A DNA stretch of 64,000 nt from an uncultured virus (IMG/VR IMGVR_UViG_3300027541_000229) (taxonomy: Duplodnaviria; Heunggongvirae; Uroviricota; Caudoviricetes). Within the stretch, counting starts at the first letter, position 1, and the number at the start of each line of letters is the position of its first letter. Position numbers and translations under genes: made by a program. This document shows, in pieces, positions 1 through 8,002 of the stretch. Under the pieces are notes generated by a model that was given only the letters and a program-made list of their open reading frames with translations, searched no databases and had not been told where the DNA came from. The stretch is from IMG/VR virus record IMGVR_UViG_3300027541_000229; one strand, given 5' to 3'.

Positions 1-2
1 AT

Positions 3-629
3 CCGCATGATAATCATGTCATTATTTCTACAGACAGCGATTTTGAACAACTTATCGCCCCTAATGTCAAGCAATACAATGGCATCACTGAAACAACCAT
101 AACACACGAGGGCTATTTTGATTCCAAAGGTAGTAAGGTCAAGGATAAAAAGACAGGCCAAGACAAGGCCGCTCCTGATCCGCAATGGTTACTTTTCGAG
201 AAGTGTATACGAGGTGACACATCCGACAATGTGTTTAGTGCTTACCCAGGTGTGCGTACAAAGGGGACCAAAAATAAAGTTGGTCTCATGGAAGCGTTTG
301 AAGACCGTAAGGCCAAGGGATTCGCTTGGAACAACCTTATGCTCCAACGATGGACCGACCACGAAGGCAAAGAACACAGAGTCTTAGAAGACTATGAGCG
401 TAATCGTCGTCTGATCGACTTGAGTTATCAACCAGAAGACATTAAAGAGATTATCAATGAGACAATCCATAATGCTGTAACTGCAAATAAGAATGTCAGC
501 CAGGTTGGTATTAGGCTGATGAAGTTTTGCAGTCTATATGATTTAAAAAAGATCGCAGATCAGGCACAGAGCTACGCCGATCCGTTAAATGCGAGGTACA
601 ACTATGAAACTAATGCCATGCCAGTATGA
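3..629 (+). CDS. rnh: T4 RNase H-like 5'-3' exonuclease (FEN/PIN family), 5'-truncated by window edge
   Basis: Frame is open from position 3 (PHDNHVIISTDSDFEQL...). Motifs STDSDFxQL, RGDTSDNV..YPGV (H3TH) and YERNRRLIDL are typical of T4 RNase H and PolI 5' nuclease. Confidence 0.85.
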   Translation, partial: PHDNHVIISTDSDFEQLIAPNVKQYNGITETTITHEGYFDSKGSKVKDKKTGQDKAAPDPQWLLFEKCIRGDTSDNVFSAYPGVRTKGTKNKVGLMEAFEDRKAKGFAWNNLMLQRWTDHEGKEHRVLEDYERNRRLIDLSYQPEDIKEIINETIHNAVTANKNVSQVGIRLMKFCSLYDLKKIADQAQSYADPLNARYNYETNAMPV

Positions 630-669
630 TAACACATGCCAGGATAGCAAAACTTGTGGAGGACCGACT

Positions 670-1146
670 GTGAAAGATTTATATGCAAAACCAATCATTA
701 AAGATAAATTCTGGATCATCGAGAAAGATGGAAGTCGTTATGCCACTCTAAGAAAGAACGAAGACAATCGTTTTGTTATGAGTAACGAAACAGGTGTTCA
801 AATCTACGACAATAAAGAAAGTCTAACACGCCAGTTCGGTAAAAACTTTTTTGTGGCGAAGATAGTTAAGGAATCCGAGACTGCCAAGCCATTAGAGGTG
901 CATGGCTATCCTAGTAGCACATCACCTCACAATGCCATGTTCGATATTAAAAAGAAACTTCCTTTGTTTACCAAGAGCGAAGACAGTAAAAGTCTTTACT
1001 GTGCCGGCTATTATGTGATTCGATTCGACAAAGGATGGGTTAAGAGCTTCTGTCCTAAAATGATTACCTTACAAAGGTACGAGTTCCGAGGACCTTATAA
1101 AACCGACATTGAAATGAAACAGGTACTGTCAAGTGTCTCAAAATAA
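670..1146 (+). CDS. Hypothetical phage protein
   Basis: ORF 589..1146. GTG at 670 follows GGAGG; ATG at 604 is an alternative start. Overlaps the next gene. Confidence 0.7.
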   Translation: MKDLYAKPIIKDKFWIIEKDGSRYATLRKNEDNRFVMSNETGVQIYDNKESLTRQFGKNFFVAKIVKESETAKPLEVHGYPSSTSPHNAMFDIKKKLPLFTKSEDSKSLYCAGYYVIRFDKGWVKSFCPKMITLQRYEFRGPYKTDIEMKQVLSSVSK

Positions 1147-1381
1147 ACTACCAACTACTCTTCCTACTATAGAAAAGCTAATACAGCGTGTAGTATCTGC
1201 TGAAAAGACACAACAAAAAGACATACGCATATCTATAGATGAGGCTAGACTACTAACAGCTGAATTGGCTATACTAACCTCTAGATTAGGTTCTACTGTT
1301 ACCGAAATACACCAAATATTAGGTGAAATAAAAGAAACTACCGCATTAATCGACGTAAAGTTCGACGGCGGTAGCTTCTAA
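1133..1381 (+). CDS. Hypothetical small helical protein
   Basis: 82-aa ORF tiling the + strand operon. Confidence 0.65.
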   Translation: MSQNKLPTTLPTIEKLIQRVVSAEKTQQKDIRISIDEARLLTAELAILTSRLGSTVTEIHQILGEIKETTALIDVKFDGGSF

Positions 1382-1385
1382 AAGG

Positions 1386-1393
1386 TATAAATA
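1386..1393 (+). promoter_or_regulatory. T4-type late promoter TATAAATA
   Basis: Exact T4 late consensus in a short intergenic gap. A gp55-like sigma factor is encoded in the window. Confidence 0.7.
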
Positions 1394-1423
1394 TATACGT
1401 GGTTTATTAGGAACACGTATATT

Positions 1424-1708
1424 ATGAGCAGACCAAAACCTAAGATACTCTTAGAGTACGCTAACAAGGAAACATATAAAATAGAGCAGATCCTTGACAG
1501 CGAAGCTATCTGGGCAGTATTCTATAAAGGCCAACCATTCAACCTTAAGAGTGGTAGCTTGGTCGCAAGTTATCCCGGACCCAAATATAAAAAGGTTTCA
1601 TTTAGTAATCCAGGACATGCGATCAACTTGGCTAAAAAACTTAATCGACTTTTTAAGACTAAAGATTTCGAAGTCTTTAAGTTAACATCTGGTGAAAAGG
1701 TAGGATAA
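1424..1708 (+). CDS. Hypothetical basic phage protein
   Basis: 94-aa ORF (MSRPKPK...) with AGGA upstream. Confidence 0.75.
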   Translation: MSRPKPKILLEYANKETYKIEQILDSEAIWAVFYKGQPFNLKSGSLVASYPGPKYKKVSFSNPGHAINLAKKLNRLFKTKDFEVFKLTSGEKVG

Positions 1709-1709
1709 G

Positions 1710-2111
1710 ATGGATCTCAAGGATGCCTACACCAAGGTGTTCTTACAGGCAGCAGATCAAGAGGCTACAGAAGAAAAAATAAAAGCCTTCAAACCCATTT
1801 GGTGGTGGAACATCCGACAAAAAAATCAAGGCGGACTACGTCTAACAGATCAGGCCTTGCATTTCATTGAAGAAGAAGCTAAAATAAAAACATACAGTAT
1901 AGAACTTCCCAAGGATTTTTCAGTAACTCCGCAAGTTCTAGTTTGGCTGGACAAGTTTATCGATTCACCGTTTTACATAACTAAAAGGAAGATCATAGTG
2001 TTAAAAGAAAAAGCAGCATTTGAGCTTTATCTCTTTAGTGGTGATATAAGAAAAATGGGCTACAATAAAGCACTATCATCTCGTCTAAGCCAAGATTCAG
2101 TACCTCAATAA
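1710..2111 (+). CDS. Hypothetical phage protein
   Basis: 133-aa ORF starting 1 nt after the previous stop. Confidence 0.75.
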   Translation: MDLKDAYTKVFLQAADQEATEEKIKAFKPIWWWNIRQKNQGGLRLTDQALHFIEEEAKIKTYSIELPKDFSVTPQVLVWLDKFIDSPFYITKRKIIVLKEKAAFELYLFSGDIRKMGYNKALSSRLSQDSVPQ

Positions 2112-2119
2112 ACTGACCA

Positions 2120-2127
2120 TATAAATA
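2120..2127 (+). promoter_or_regulatory. T4-type late promoter TATAAATA
   Basis: Exact consensus in a 24-nt intergenic gap. Confidence 0.65.
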
Positions 2128-2135
2128 TTCACGTT

Positions 2136-2411
2136 ATGTTCGATCTTAATCCTATCGATGTGTTAAAGAAAAGAAAGCTAAACTTTCTTCCACTCCATTT
2201 TTCTAAACTAAAGATCAATGAAGGTGACCTGTTTGAAGGAAACATTCAAGAATGGATCCAAAACAAACTAAAAGGAAGATACGCTATCACTAGAACACCA
2301 TCATTAGATAAAGATGGAAATATGAAAACAGCCACTTTTGTGGCGTTTGAAGACCAGAAAGAGCTAACATACTTTATGTTGGCATGCCCACACTTAAGGA
2401 GAAACCAATGA
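2136..2411 (+). CDS. Hypothetical phage protein
   Basis: 91-aa ORF tiling the operon. Confidence 0.7.
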   Translation: MFDLNPIDVLKKRKLNFLPLHFSKLKINEGDLFEGNIQEWIQNKLKGRYAITRTPSLDKDGNMKTATFVAFEDQKELTYFMLACPHLRRNQ

Positions 2412-2635
2412 CAGAAGAAGTACAAAACCCAGAAGTTCCTGCAGGCTCACAGCCCGAGGCACCTCAACAACCAGCTGGTCCTGACCTTAACGTCAGCGAT
2501 CTAGTAGCAGTAAAGAGTATCATCGAAATAGCATCACAAAGAGGAGCGTTCAAAGCAAATGAACTAGAAGCAGTCGGTAAAACTTTCAATAAGCTGAATA
2601 CCTTTCTAGAATCAGTTGCTAAAAAGGAGGCTTAA
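2408..2635 (+). CDS. Hypothetical phage protein
   Basis: ATG at 2408 follows AAGGAG and overlaps the previous stop (ATGA). Confidence 0.75.
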   Translation: MTEEVQNPEVPAGSQPEAPQQPAGPDLNVSDLVAVKSIIEIASQRGAFKANELEAVGKTFNKLNTFLESVAKKEA

Positions 2636-2636
2636 A

Positions 2637-3278
2637 ATGGCTGCAAGTTTAAAACACATCGGAAAGATCAAGAACACAGGAATGAAAGTTCTTGTTGCTT
2701 TCCGTACTATCCCAGGTGATTCTCACATGTCCCTGGTTATTCCTACAGCAACGTTACCTGATGCCTATCATGACAGCATCATGACTCTTGTCGAAACAGA
2801 TCAAGCACAAGAATCGTTCGAGTTTGGTGAAATCTTACACATCCGTAGATTTCCAGACGGGCGTCCTATGTTGCAGGCTCTGAGTCAAGACGGTCGTATG
2901 CAACGTGTCACTACTGATAATGTTATTATGACCCCTACTATCAATGCCGAAGTAGCATTGGACGAATTAAACAATCTTATCGCAGAGCAGAAAAACTGTA
3001 CTATCGATGACTTGTGTAACTTTGTCGCAGGAGCTCCTAACGCCAAAGCTAAAGAAGAAGTTCAAGAAGTAGCAAAGGTCAAGGATATGTCGGAGCCAAC
3101 GACATCGGCTCCATTAAAGGCCAAGGATAATGAAGTATTGTCAGACGGTGATCTAGCTAAGAGTTATCGCAGCCAAGCTGATGCACTATACAAAGAAGCA
3201 GCTCGACTACGTAAGCAAGCAGATGAACTTGATCCGCCAAAGAAAAAAGTTAAAGCAGCTGAAGTAGAAAGTGCCTAA
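2637..3278 (+). CDS. Hypothetical phage protein with C-terminal coiled coil
   Basis: ATG at 2637 follows AAGGAGG. Confidence 0.8.
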   Translation: MAASLKHIGKIKNTGMKVLVAFRTIPGDSHMSLVIPTATLPDAYHDSIMTLVETDQAQESFEFGEILHIRRFPDGRPMLQALSQDGRMQRVTTDNVIMTPTINAEVALDELNNLIAEQKNCTIDDLCNFVAGAPNAKAKEEVQEVAKVKDMSEPTTSAPLKAKDNEVLSDGDLAKSYRSQADALYKEAARLRKQADELDPPKKKVKAAEVESA

Positions 3279-3576
3279 ACCTTTGTTTAAACCGCCAAGA
3301 CATCTCGTTAAAGAGTGGCCGGAGGTATTCGAAGACCTTTATATGAATACTATGCCGGTTGCATATCTAGAAATGATGCACATCGAGTTCCACGATGGAC
3401 GGATATGGCGTATAGATATAAAAGAACAGCTCAGGGACAGTGATGCCGATTCTATAGCTTCTCAACTTCTCGAAACCATGCAAGAATATAAAGATGATAT
3501 CAAGAAGTTAGATTTTAAAATCGATGTCACAAAACTAAAAGAAGATATTAGGAATTCTACTAAAGATATTTTCTAG
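3271..3576 (+). CDS. Hypothetical phage protein
   Basis: 101-aa ORF with GTG start overlapping the previous gene; converges on ugd. Confidence 0.65.
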   Translation: MPKPLFKPPRHLVKEWPEVFEDLYMNTMPVAYLEMMHIEFHDGRIWRIDIKEQLRDSDADSIASQLLETMQEYKDDIKKLDFKIDVTKLKEDIRNSTKDIF

Positions 3577-4783
3577 TATTTCCGTAATGTATCACTGTGT
3601 GGGCCGGTGACTCATACGTTCTCCAAGGATCGATAACAATCGATCCTTTTTCTATTTTACAATAGAGATTTTGATTTTCTTCGAAACCTCTATAGTCATA
3701 GGTAATCTTTCTATTATGTGCTAATAGCACAACACCATAACAGCCTTGTATGTCATCGCCTGTTAGAGGATCGATGTACGTAGGCTTATGCCCCAGTTCT
3801 TCGCAGTAGTGACCAATCAATAAACTATAGCTTCCATCACAATACGGAACATCTGGCTTATAGGCCTTACCGTGTATAAAGATGCTCATCTTATTTTTTT
3901 CAGCATGTCTCACAAGCTCTTGGGCTAGATTTTTAGCCTGTATTTCTCTAGCATTCATTATGGCATCAAATAAATCGTATCCTAAATCTAGGTTCTTTGC
4001 CATATATCTTAGAGCTATATTATCTCTCGGATGACAGGCACCGCCGTCTCCCATGCCTGCCTTCATATATTGTGGTCCCATGATACGCATAGTGCTCTTT
4101 GCCAATGCGTCAGTTACTACATCTACATTGATATTTCCCTGCTTGACGGCAACATCTTGTATCATGTTGACTAGGCCAATCTTGGCACTAATAAATGTGT
4201 TATAGAATACTTTGATACATTCACATTCATCCCATGTACCGATAACATACCGAGGATCATTTTCCATGACTGTTTTGTAAAACTCGACCAACTCTTTTGC
4301 ATCTCCTGTTTCGGTACCGTCCTCGGTTCCAATCATGACCATTTCAGGATTAACCATATCCCATGCTACACTGCCCATAGCGATTAGATATGGGTTATAA
4401 ACAAACCGTGTATTGGTAATATGTTGGATGAACTCTCTACGTGTGGTGCCCGGAAGTACCGTAGATATAAGAACCAACAACTGATTTTTATTCATGTACT
4501 TGTTGGCTTCTTTAAGACATTCTATAACTGTGTCATATCTAAAATCTTTTGGTTCGAGATGCGCTGTAGGACTACGGCCATCATAGTCAGGATCATGCGG
4601 AGTAGGAACTGCGATAAAAACTATATCTGCATTTTTAACACATTCTTCAATACTAGGTACTACCTTGATTAACTCACTAGATCTTTCAGATATATCATAG
4701 CCAAAAACTGTATAACCTTTTTTGGCAACTTCCTCTGCGCAAGGCAAACCTAACTTGCCTATACCAATAAAACCAATTTGCAT
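3560..4783 (-). CDS. ugd: UDP-glucose/GDP-mannose 6-dehydrogenase family
   Basis: Rossmann motif IGFIGIGKLG, plus FIAVPTP, STVLPGTT, YNPY, K.FYN and catalytic Cys in GMGDGGACHPRD. True start is ATG 4783 after GAGGTG, not 4960. Confidence 0.9.
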   Translation of the reverse strand: MQIGFIGIGKLGLPCAEEVAKKGYTVFGYDISERSSELIKVVPSIEECVKNADIVFIAVPTPHDPDYDGRSPTAHLEPKDFRYDTVIECLKEANKYMNKNQLLVLISTVLPGTTRREFIQHITNTRFVYNPYLIAMGSVAWDMVNPEMVMIGTEDGTETGDAKELVEFYKTVMENDPRYVIGTWDECECIKVFYNTFISAKIGLVNMIQDVAVKQGNINVDVVTDALAKSTMRIMGPQYMKAGMGDGGACHPRDNIALRYMAKNLDLGYDLFDAIMNAREIQAKNLAQELVRHAEKNKMSIFIHGKAYKPDVPYCDGSYSLLIGHYCEELGHKPTYIDPLTGDDIQGCYGVVLLAHNRKITYDYRGFEENQNLYCKIEKGSIVIDPWRTYESPAHTVIHYGNTRKYL

Positions 4784-4794
4784 TTTCACCTCGA

Positions 4795-4818
4795 TAAATA
4801 ATAGCAGCACATTATTTA
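4795..4818. promoter_or_regulatory. Pair of inverted late-promoter cores (TAAATA on + at 4795-4800, on - at 4813-4818)
   Basis: TAAATAAT-N8-ATTATTTA inverted repeat in the 48-nt gap between divergent genes. Confidence 0.5.
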
Positions 4819-4831
4819 GTGGAGTATTTTT

Positions 4832-5335
4832 TTGTATAAGCAAGGTTTGATAGAACCGTTTTGGGGTACGCATCATAGATATTTGGATTATCAAAGAGAA
4901 CCATTTAACTGCTATGAAGACATCCAACTGTGGCGTTCTCAAGGATATTCTCAAAATCATTTCACTGGTCTTTTGTATGACATGAAATCAGTCATGCCTA
5001 CATGGACTGAAAAGTTTTTAACACTATTCGAAGGACAGAATCAAGGCTTGAGTTTCTACAAGATGGAGACCTGCAATGTACTTCCAACACATAAAGATAC
5101 CTATAGCCTATACAAAAAAATATTCAACATAACAGATAATAACTCAATATGGCGAGCAATAATTTTCTTAGAGGACTGGAAACCAGGCCATGTATTTGAG
5201 ATTGAAGGTGATCCTATTACCAAATGGAAAGCAGGAGAATATGTCTTATGGCAATACGATGCAGCACATATGGCTGCTAATCTCGGATTAGAACCTCGAT
5301 ACACAGCACAGATAACATTCACTCATGTTCAATAA
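4832..5335 (+). CDS. 2OG-Fe(II) dioxygenase/cupin-fold hydroxylase
   Basis: HxD (PTHKD), distal His (AAHMAAN) and R.TAQIT. TTG start after GGAG. Confidence 0.7.
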   Translation: MYKQGLIEPFWGTHHRYLDYQREPFNCYEDIQLWRSQGYSQNHFTGLLYDMKSVMPTWTEKFLTLFEGQNQGLSFYKMETCNVLPTHKDTYSLYKKIFNITDNNSIWRAIIFLEDWKPGHVFEIEGDPITKWKAGEYVLWQYDAAHMAANLGLEPRYTAQITFTHVQ

Positions 5336-5915
5336 GATCGCAGACTTTGAAAACGCTTTATCGGAGTTTACTGGTGCTCCGTTTGTAATCACTACTGATT
5401 GCTGTACACATGCTATCGAACTATGCTTTAGATATAAAAAAGTAAAAACGACCGAGTTTACCTGTTTTACATATCTCTCTATACCTATGACCATGAAAAA
5501 ACTTAATATAGAGTATAAACAGATTCCAGAAAAATGGGCAGGCGAATATAGATTTTATGGTACAGACATATGGGATAGTGCCAGAAGGTTGCAACCCGGA
5601 ATGTACATGCCTGGTATGATGCAATGCCTTAGTTTTGGTTACTCTAAACCTTTAGACATCGGCAGAGGCGGAGCGATATTATTAGACAACTATGATGATT
5701 ATAAGTCATTGTCTATGATGAGATATGATGGGAGAGATTTATCTATCTCTCCATGGCAGTCACAAAAAGAGTTTACTTTAGGATTTCATTATAAACTCAA
5801 TCCAGAAGAATGCATAAAAGGTATTGAAAAACTGGAAGAATATAAGAATAATAAAAACTTCAACATAGCATTTGTAGAATATCCAGATTGCAGAGATATA
5901 AAAATAAATGATTAG
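5325..5915 (+). CDS. DegT/DnrJ/EryC1/StrS-family PLP aminotransferase, unusually short
   Basis: FE..L..F.GA...., CTHAIEL, DSAR and the PLP-lysine motif SFGYSKPLDIGRGGAIL. Confidence 0.8.
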   Translation: MFNKIADFENALSEFTGAPFVITTDCCTHAIELCFRYKKVKTTEFTCFTYLSIPMTMKKLNIEYKQIPEKWAGEYRFYGTDIWDSARRLQPGMYMPGMMQCLSFGYSKPLDIGRGGAILLDNYDDYKSLSMMRYDGRDLSISPWQSQKEFTLGFHYKLNPEECIKGIEKLEEYKNNKNFNIAFVEYPDCRDIKIND

Positions 5916-6816
5916 ATCTTACAACGAATGGGACCCGTTACAGGAAGTAATACTTGGAACGGCAACAAATGCACACTGGCCAGTAAGTTGTCCTGCATTT
6001 AGAAATCTAGAAAATATCACTGCATGGAAAGAAACTCCCGTTCCGTCTGGTTGTGTAGAACAAAGAATAGTAGACGAAACTAACGAAGATCTAGAAAATT
6101 TTAAACAAACATTAGAGTCTCTTTCTGTGAAAGTACATAGGCCCAAGGATTTAGATTTCCAATCATTTGACGGTATGTATAACTATTGCCCAAGAGACAG
6201 AGTGTTAATAATAGGCGATAAAGCAATAGATGCTCCAATGTTATATCCCACGAGAACAAAAGAAATAGATGCCATTGATCATTTGTTAGATAACGTTTTA
6301 CATGTAGATGATGATACCGCAAAGTTTGATGCAGCTAACATATGTAGACTAAACGATGATATTTTATATCTAATCAGTGAAAGCGGTAATAGAAATGGTG
6401 CTGTATGGTTAGAAAAAATATTTCCAACTCATAGAATACATATACTAGATAACATATACAGCGGAGTACACATCGACAGTACCATATCTCCTATAAGAGA
6501 AGGACTAGTCGTCCTTAATGCTGATCGAATAAATGAAAGTAATCTTCCGTCAGTTTTTAAATCCTGGGATAAAATATGGGTCAGCGGAGATGATATAGTT
6601 CCGCAAGGATTTGAAGGTTATCCTTACGCCAGCAAATACATAGCTTTAAATTTTTTAACTATAAATCCTTATTTGATAATCTGCGATCCTAAACAGAGTT
6701 ATCTCAGAAGACTGCTTTCTAAATATAATGTTGAAAGCATAGGTGTCGAACTTAGACACAGTCGTACACTAGGGGGAGGTCATCATTGTGTTACACTTGA
6801 TTTGGTCCGAGGATGA
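5908..6816 (+). CDS. Amidinotransferase (glycine / inosamine-phosphate amidinotransferase family)
   Basis: SYNEWDPL.EVI.G, YCPRD, FDAAN, HIDST and GGGHHCVT give an intact Asp-His-Cys triad. Confidence 0.9.
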   Translation: MIRSYNEWDPLQEVILGTATNAHWPVSCPAFRNLENITAWKETPVPSGCVEQRIVDETNEDLENFKQTLESLSVKVHRPKDLDFQSFDGMYNYCPRDRVLIIGDKAIDAPMLYPTRTKEIDAIDHLLDNVLHVDDDTAKFDAANICRLNDDILYLISESGNRNGAVWLEKIFPTHRIHILDNIYSGVHIDSTISPIREGLVVLNADRINESNLPSVFKSWDKIWVSGDDIVPQGFEGYPYASKYIALNFLTINPYLIICDPKQSYLRRLLSKYNVESIGVELRHSRTLGGGHHCVTLDLVRG

Positions 6817-8002
6817 TTCCTACAAACACGATATCTTTTGGAATAACATTCCTGGATACCAAAAAAGATTAGGATATCTAAAAGAAAATCTCGTAGACGA
6901 ATCTTTTCTTAGAAACATAAAGAATCCTTATTTTATATACACAGGCAATGGAAGGATCAAATCTTTAGAATCTATTATATTAGATAAAGATACTGTCGAT
7001 AAACTTAACTCAACAGAACTGTATTTTTATCTATACGAACCTAGTTGTTTTAGGATAGGGGAACATAATAGAAGTTTTTATAGCGAAATGCGATCAGACG
7101 AAAATATCAAAGATATCATAGTCGATGAGCTAGAAAGTATAAAAATATTTGTTCATCAAAATAATCTAAAAAGATTTCGTGTATTCACATCCGATTATAG
7201 GATACAGATACTACAAGACAACTATCCAGATATAAAAATAGATTGTTTAGATTTATTCCTAAGAGAAATAGCAAAATGCTATAAATCATTTCCAAAATAT
7301 TTTGTAAAACATAAAATAGAAAAAAAGTTTTGGTGTGGTAACTGGCGATACACTACCCACAGACATCTAATGACCAGTTATCTTTCTCAACTCAATGGAA
7401 CTTATACATGGAATCTAAAATGTTCTTACAACGAACTTAAAAATAATAACTGGTTTGATCTAGATCAGTTTCAAAAAGAAAGACCACAACAACATGAACA
7501 ACTCAGAAAAGGTGTAGATTTTCTAGAAAAAAATATACTGGCTATAGATCAAAAAATAGATTCAGTTAATGTTGTCAACTCCGATCAAGTATACATACCT
7601 GGACACAAGGCACCCGAATGGACTCAAGAGTTTTTAAAGAGCTACGAATCTAACTTCTGTGCTATCATCAATGAAACAAGATATGCACAACCGTTCGGTT
7701 ACTTCAGCGAAAAAACTTTAACAGCTATTGGTAGCAGTATGCCAATAATACTAGTAGCTCCGCCACGCAGTTTAGAATATCTCAAAACTTTTGGATTTAC
7801 AACATTCGGTAAATGGTGGAATGAAAGTTATGATCAAGAAGAGGATCATTATAAAAGAATGATTATGATTTTTGATATTATAGATTCTATCAACTCTAAA
7901 TCTCTAGAAGAGTTACAGAAAATATATCAAGACATGCGACCTGTATTAAAGCACAATAGAAGAATACTAGACACTATTACCTTTAACGATAAAATTGTAT
8001 AG
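6788..8002 (+). CDS. Glycosyltransferase-like protein (paralog A)
   Basis: C-terminal NET..SEKT...P.I......SLEYL..FGF.TF..WWNESYD...D..KR domain shared with 10090..11262 and 12007..13287. GTG start after GGAGG. Confidence 0.55.
   Translation: MLHLIWSEDDSYKHDIFWNNIPGYQKRLGYLKENLVDESFLRNIKNPYFIYTGNGRIKSLESIILDKDTVDKLNSTELYFYLYEPSCFRIGEHNRSFYSEMRSDENIKDIIVDELESIKIFVHQNNLKRFRVFTSDYRIQILQDNYPDIKIDCLDLFLREIAKCYKSFPKYFVKHKIEKKFWCGNWRYTTHRHLMTSYLSQLNGTYTWNLKCSYNELKNNNWFDLDQFQKERPQQHEQLRKGVDFLEKNILAIDQKIDSVNVVNSDQVYIPGHKAPEWTQEFLKSYESNFCAIINETRYAQPFGYFSEKTLTAIGSSMPIILVAPPRSLEYLKTFGFTTFGKWWNESYDQEEDHYKRMIMIFDIIDSINSKSLEELQKIYQDMRPVLKHNRRILDTITFNDKIV

Noticed and set aside
4784..4960. 59-aa N-terminal extension of the dehydrogenase in the ORF track
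   Set aside because: It overlaps the opposite-strand oxygenase. The Rossmann motif and a good RBS place the start at 4783.
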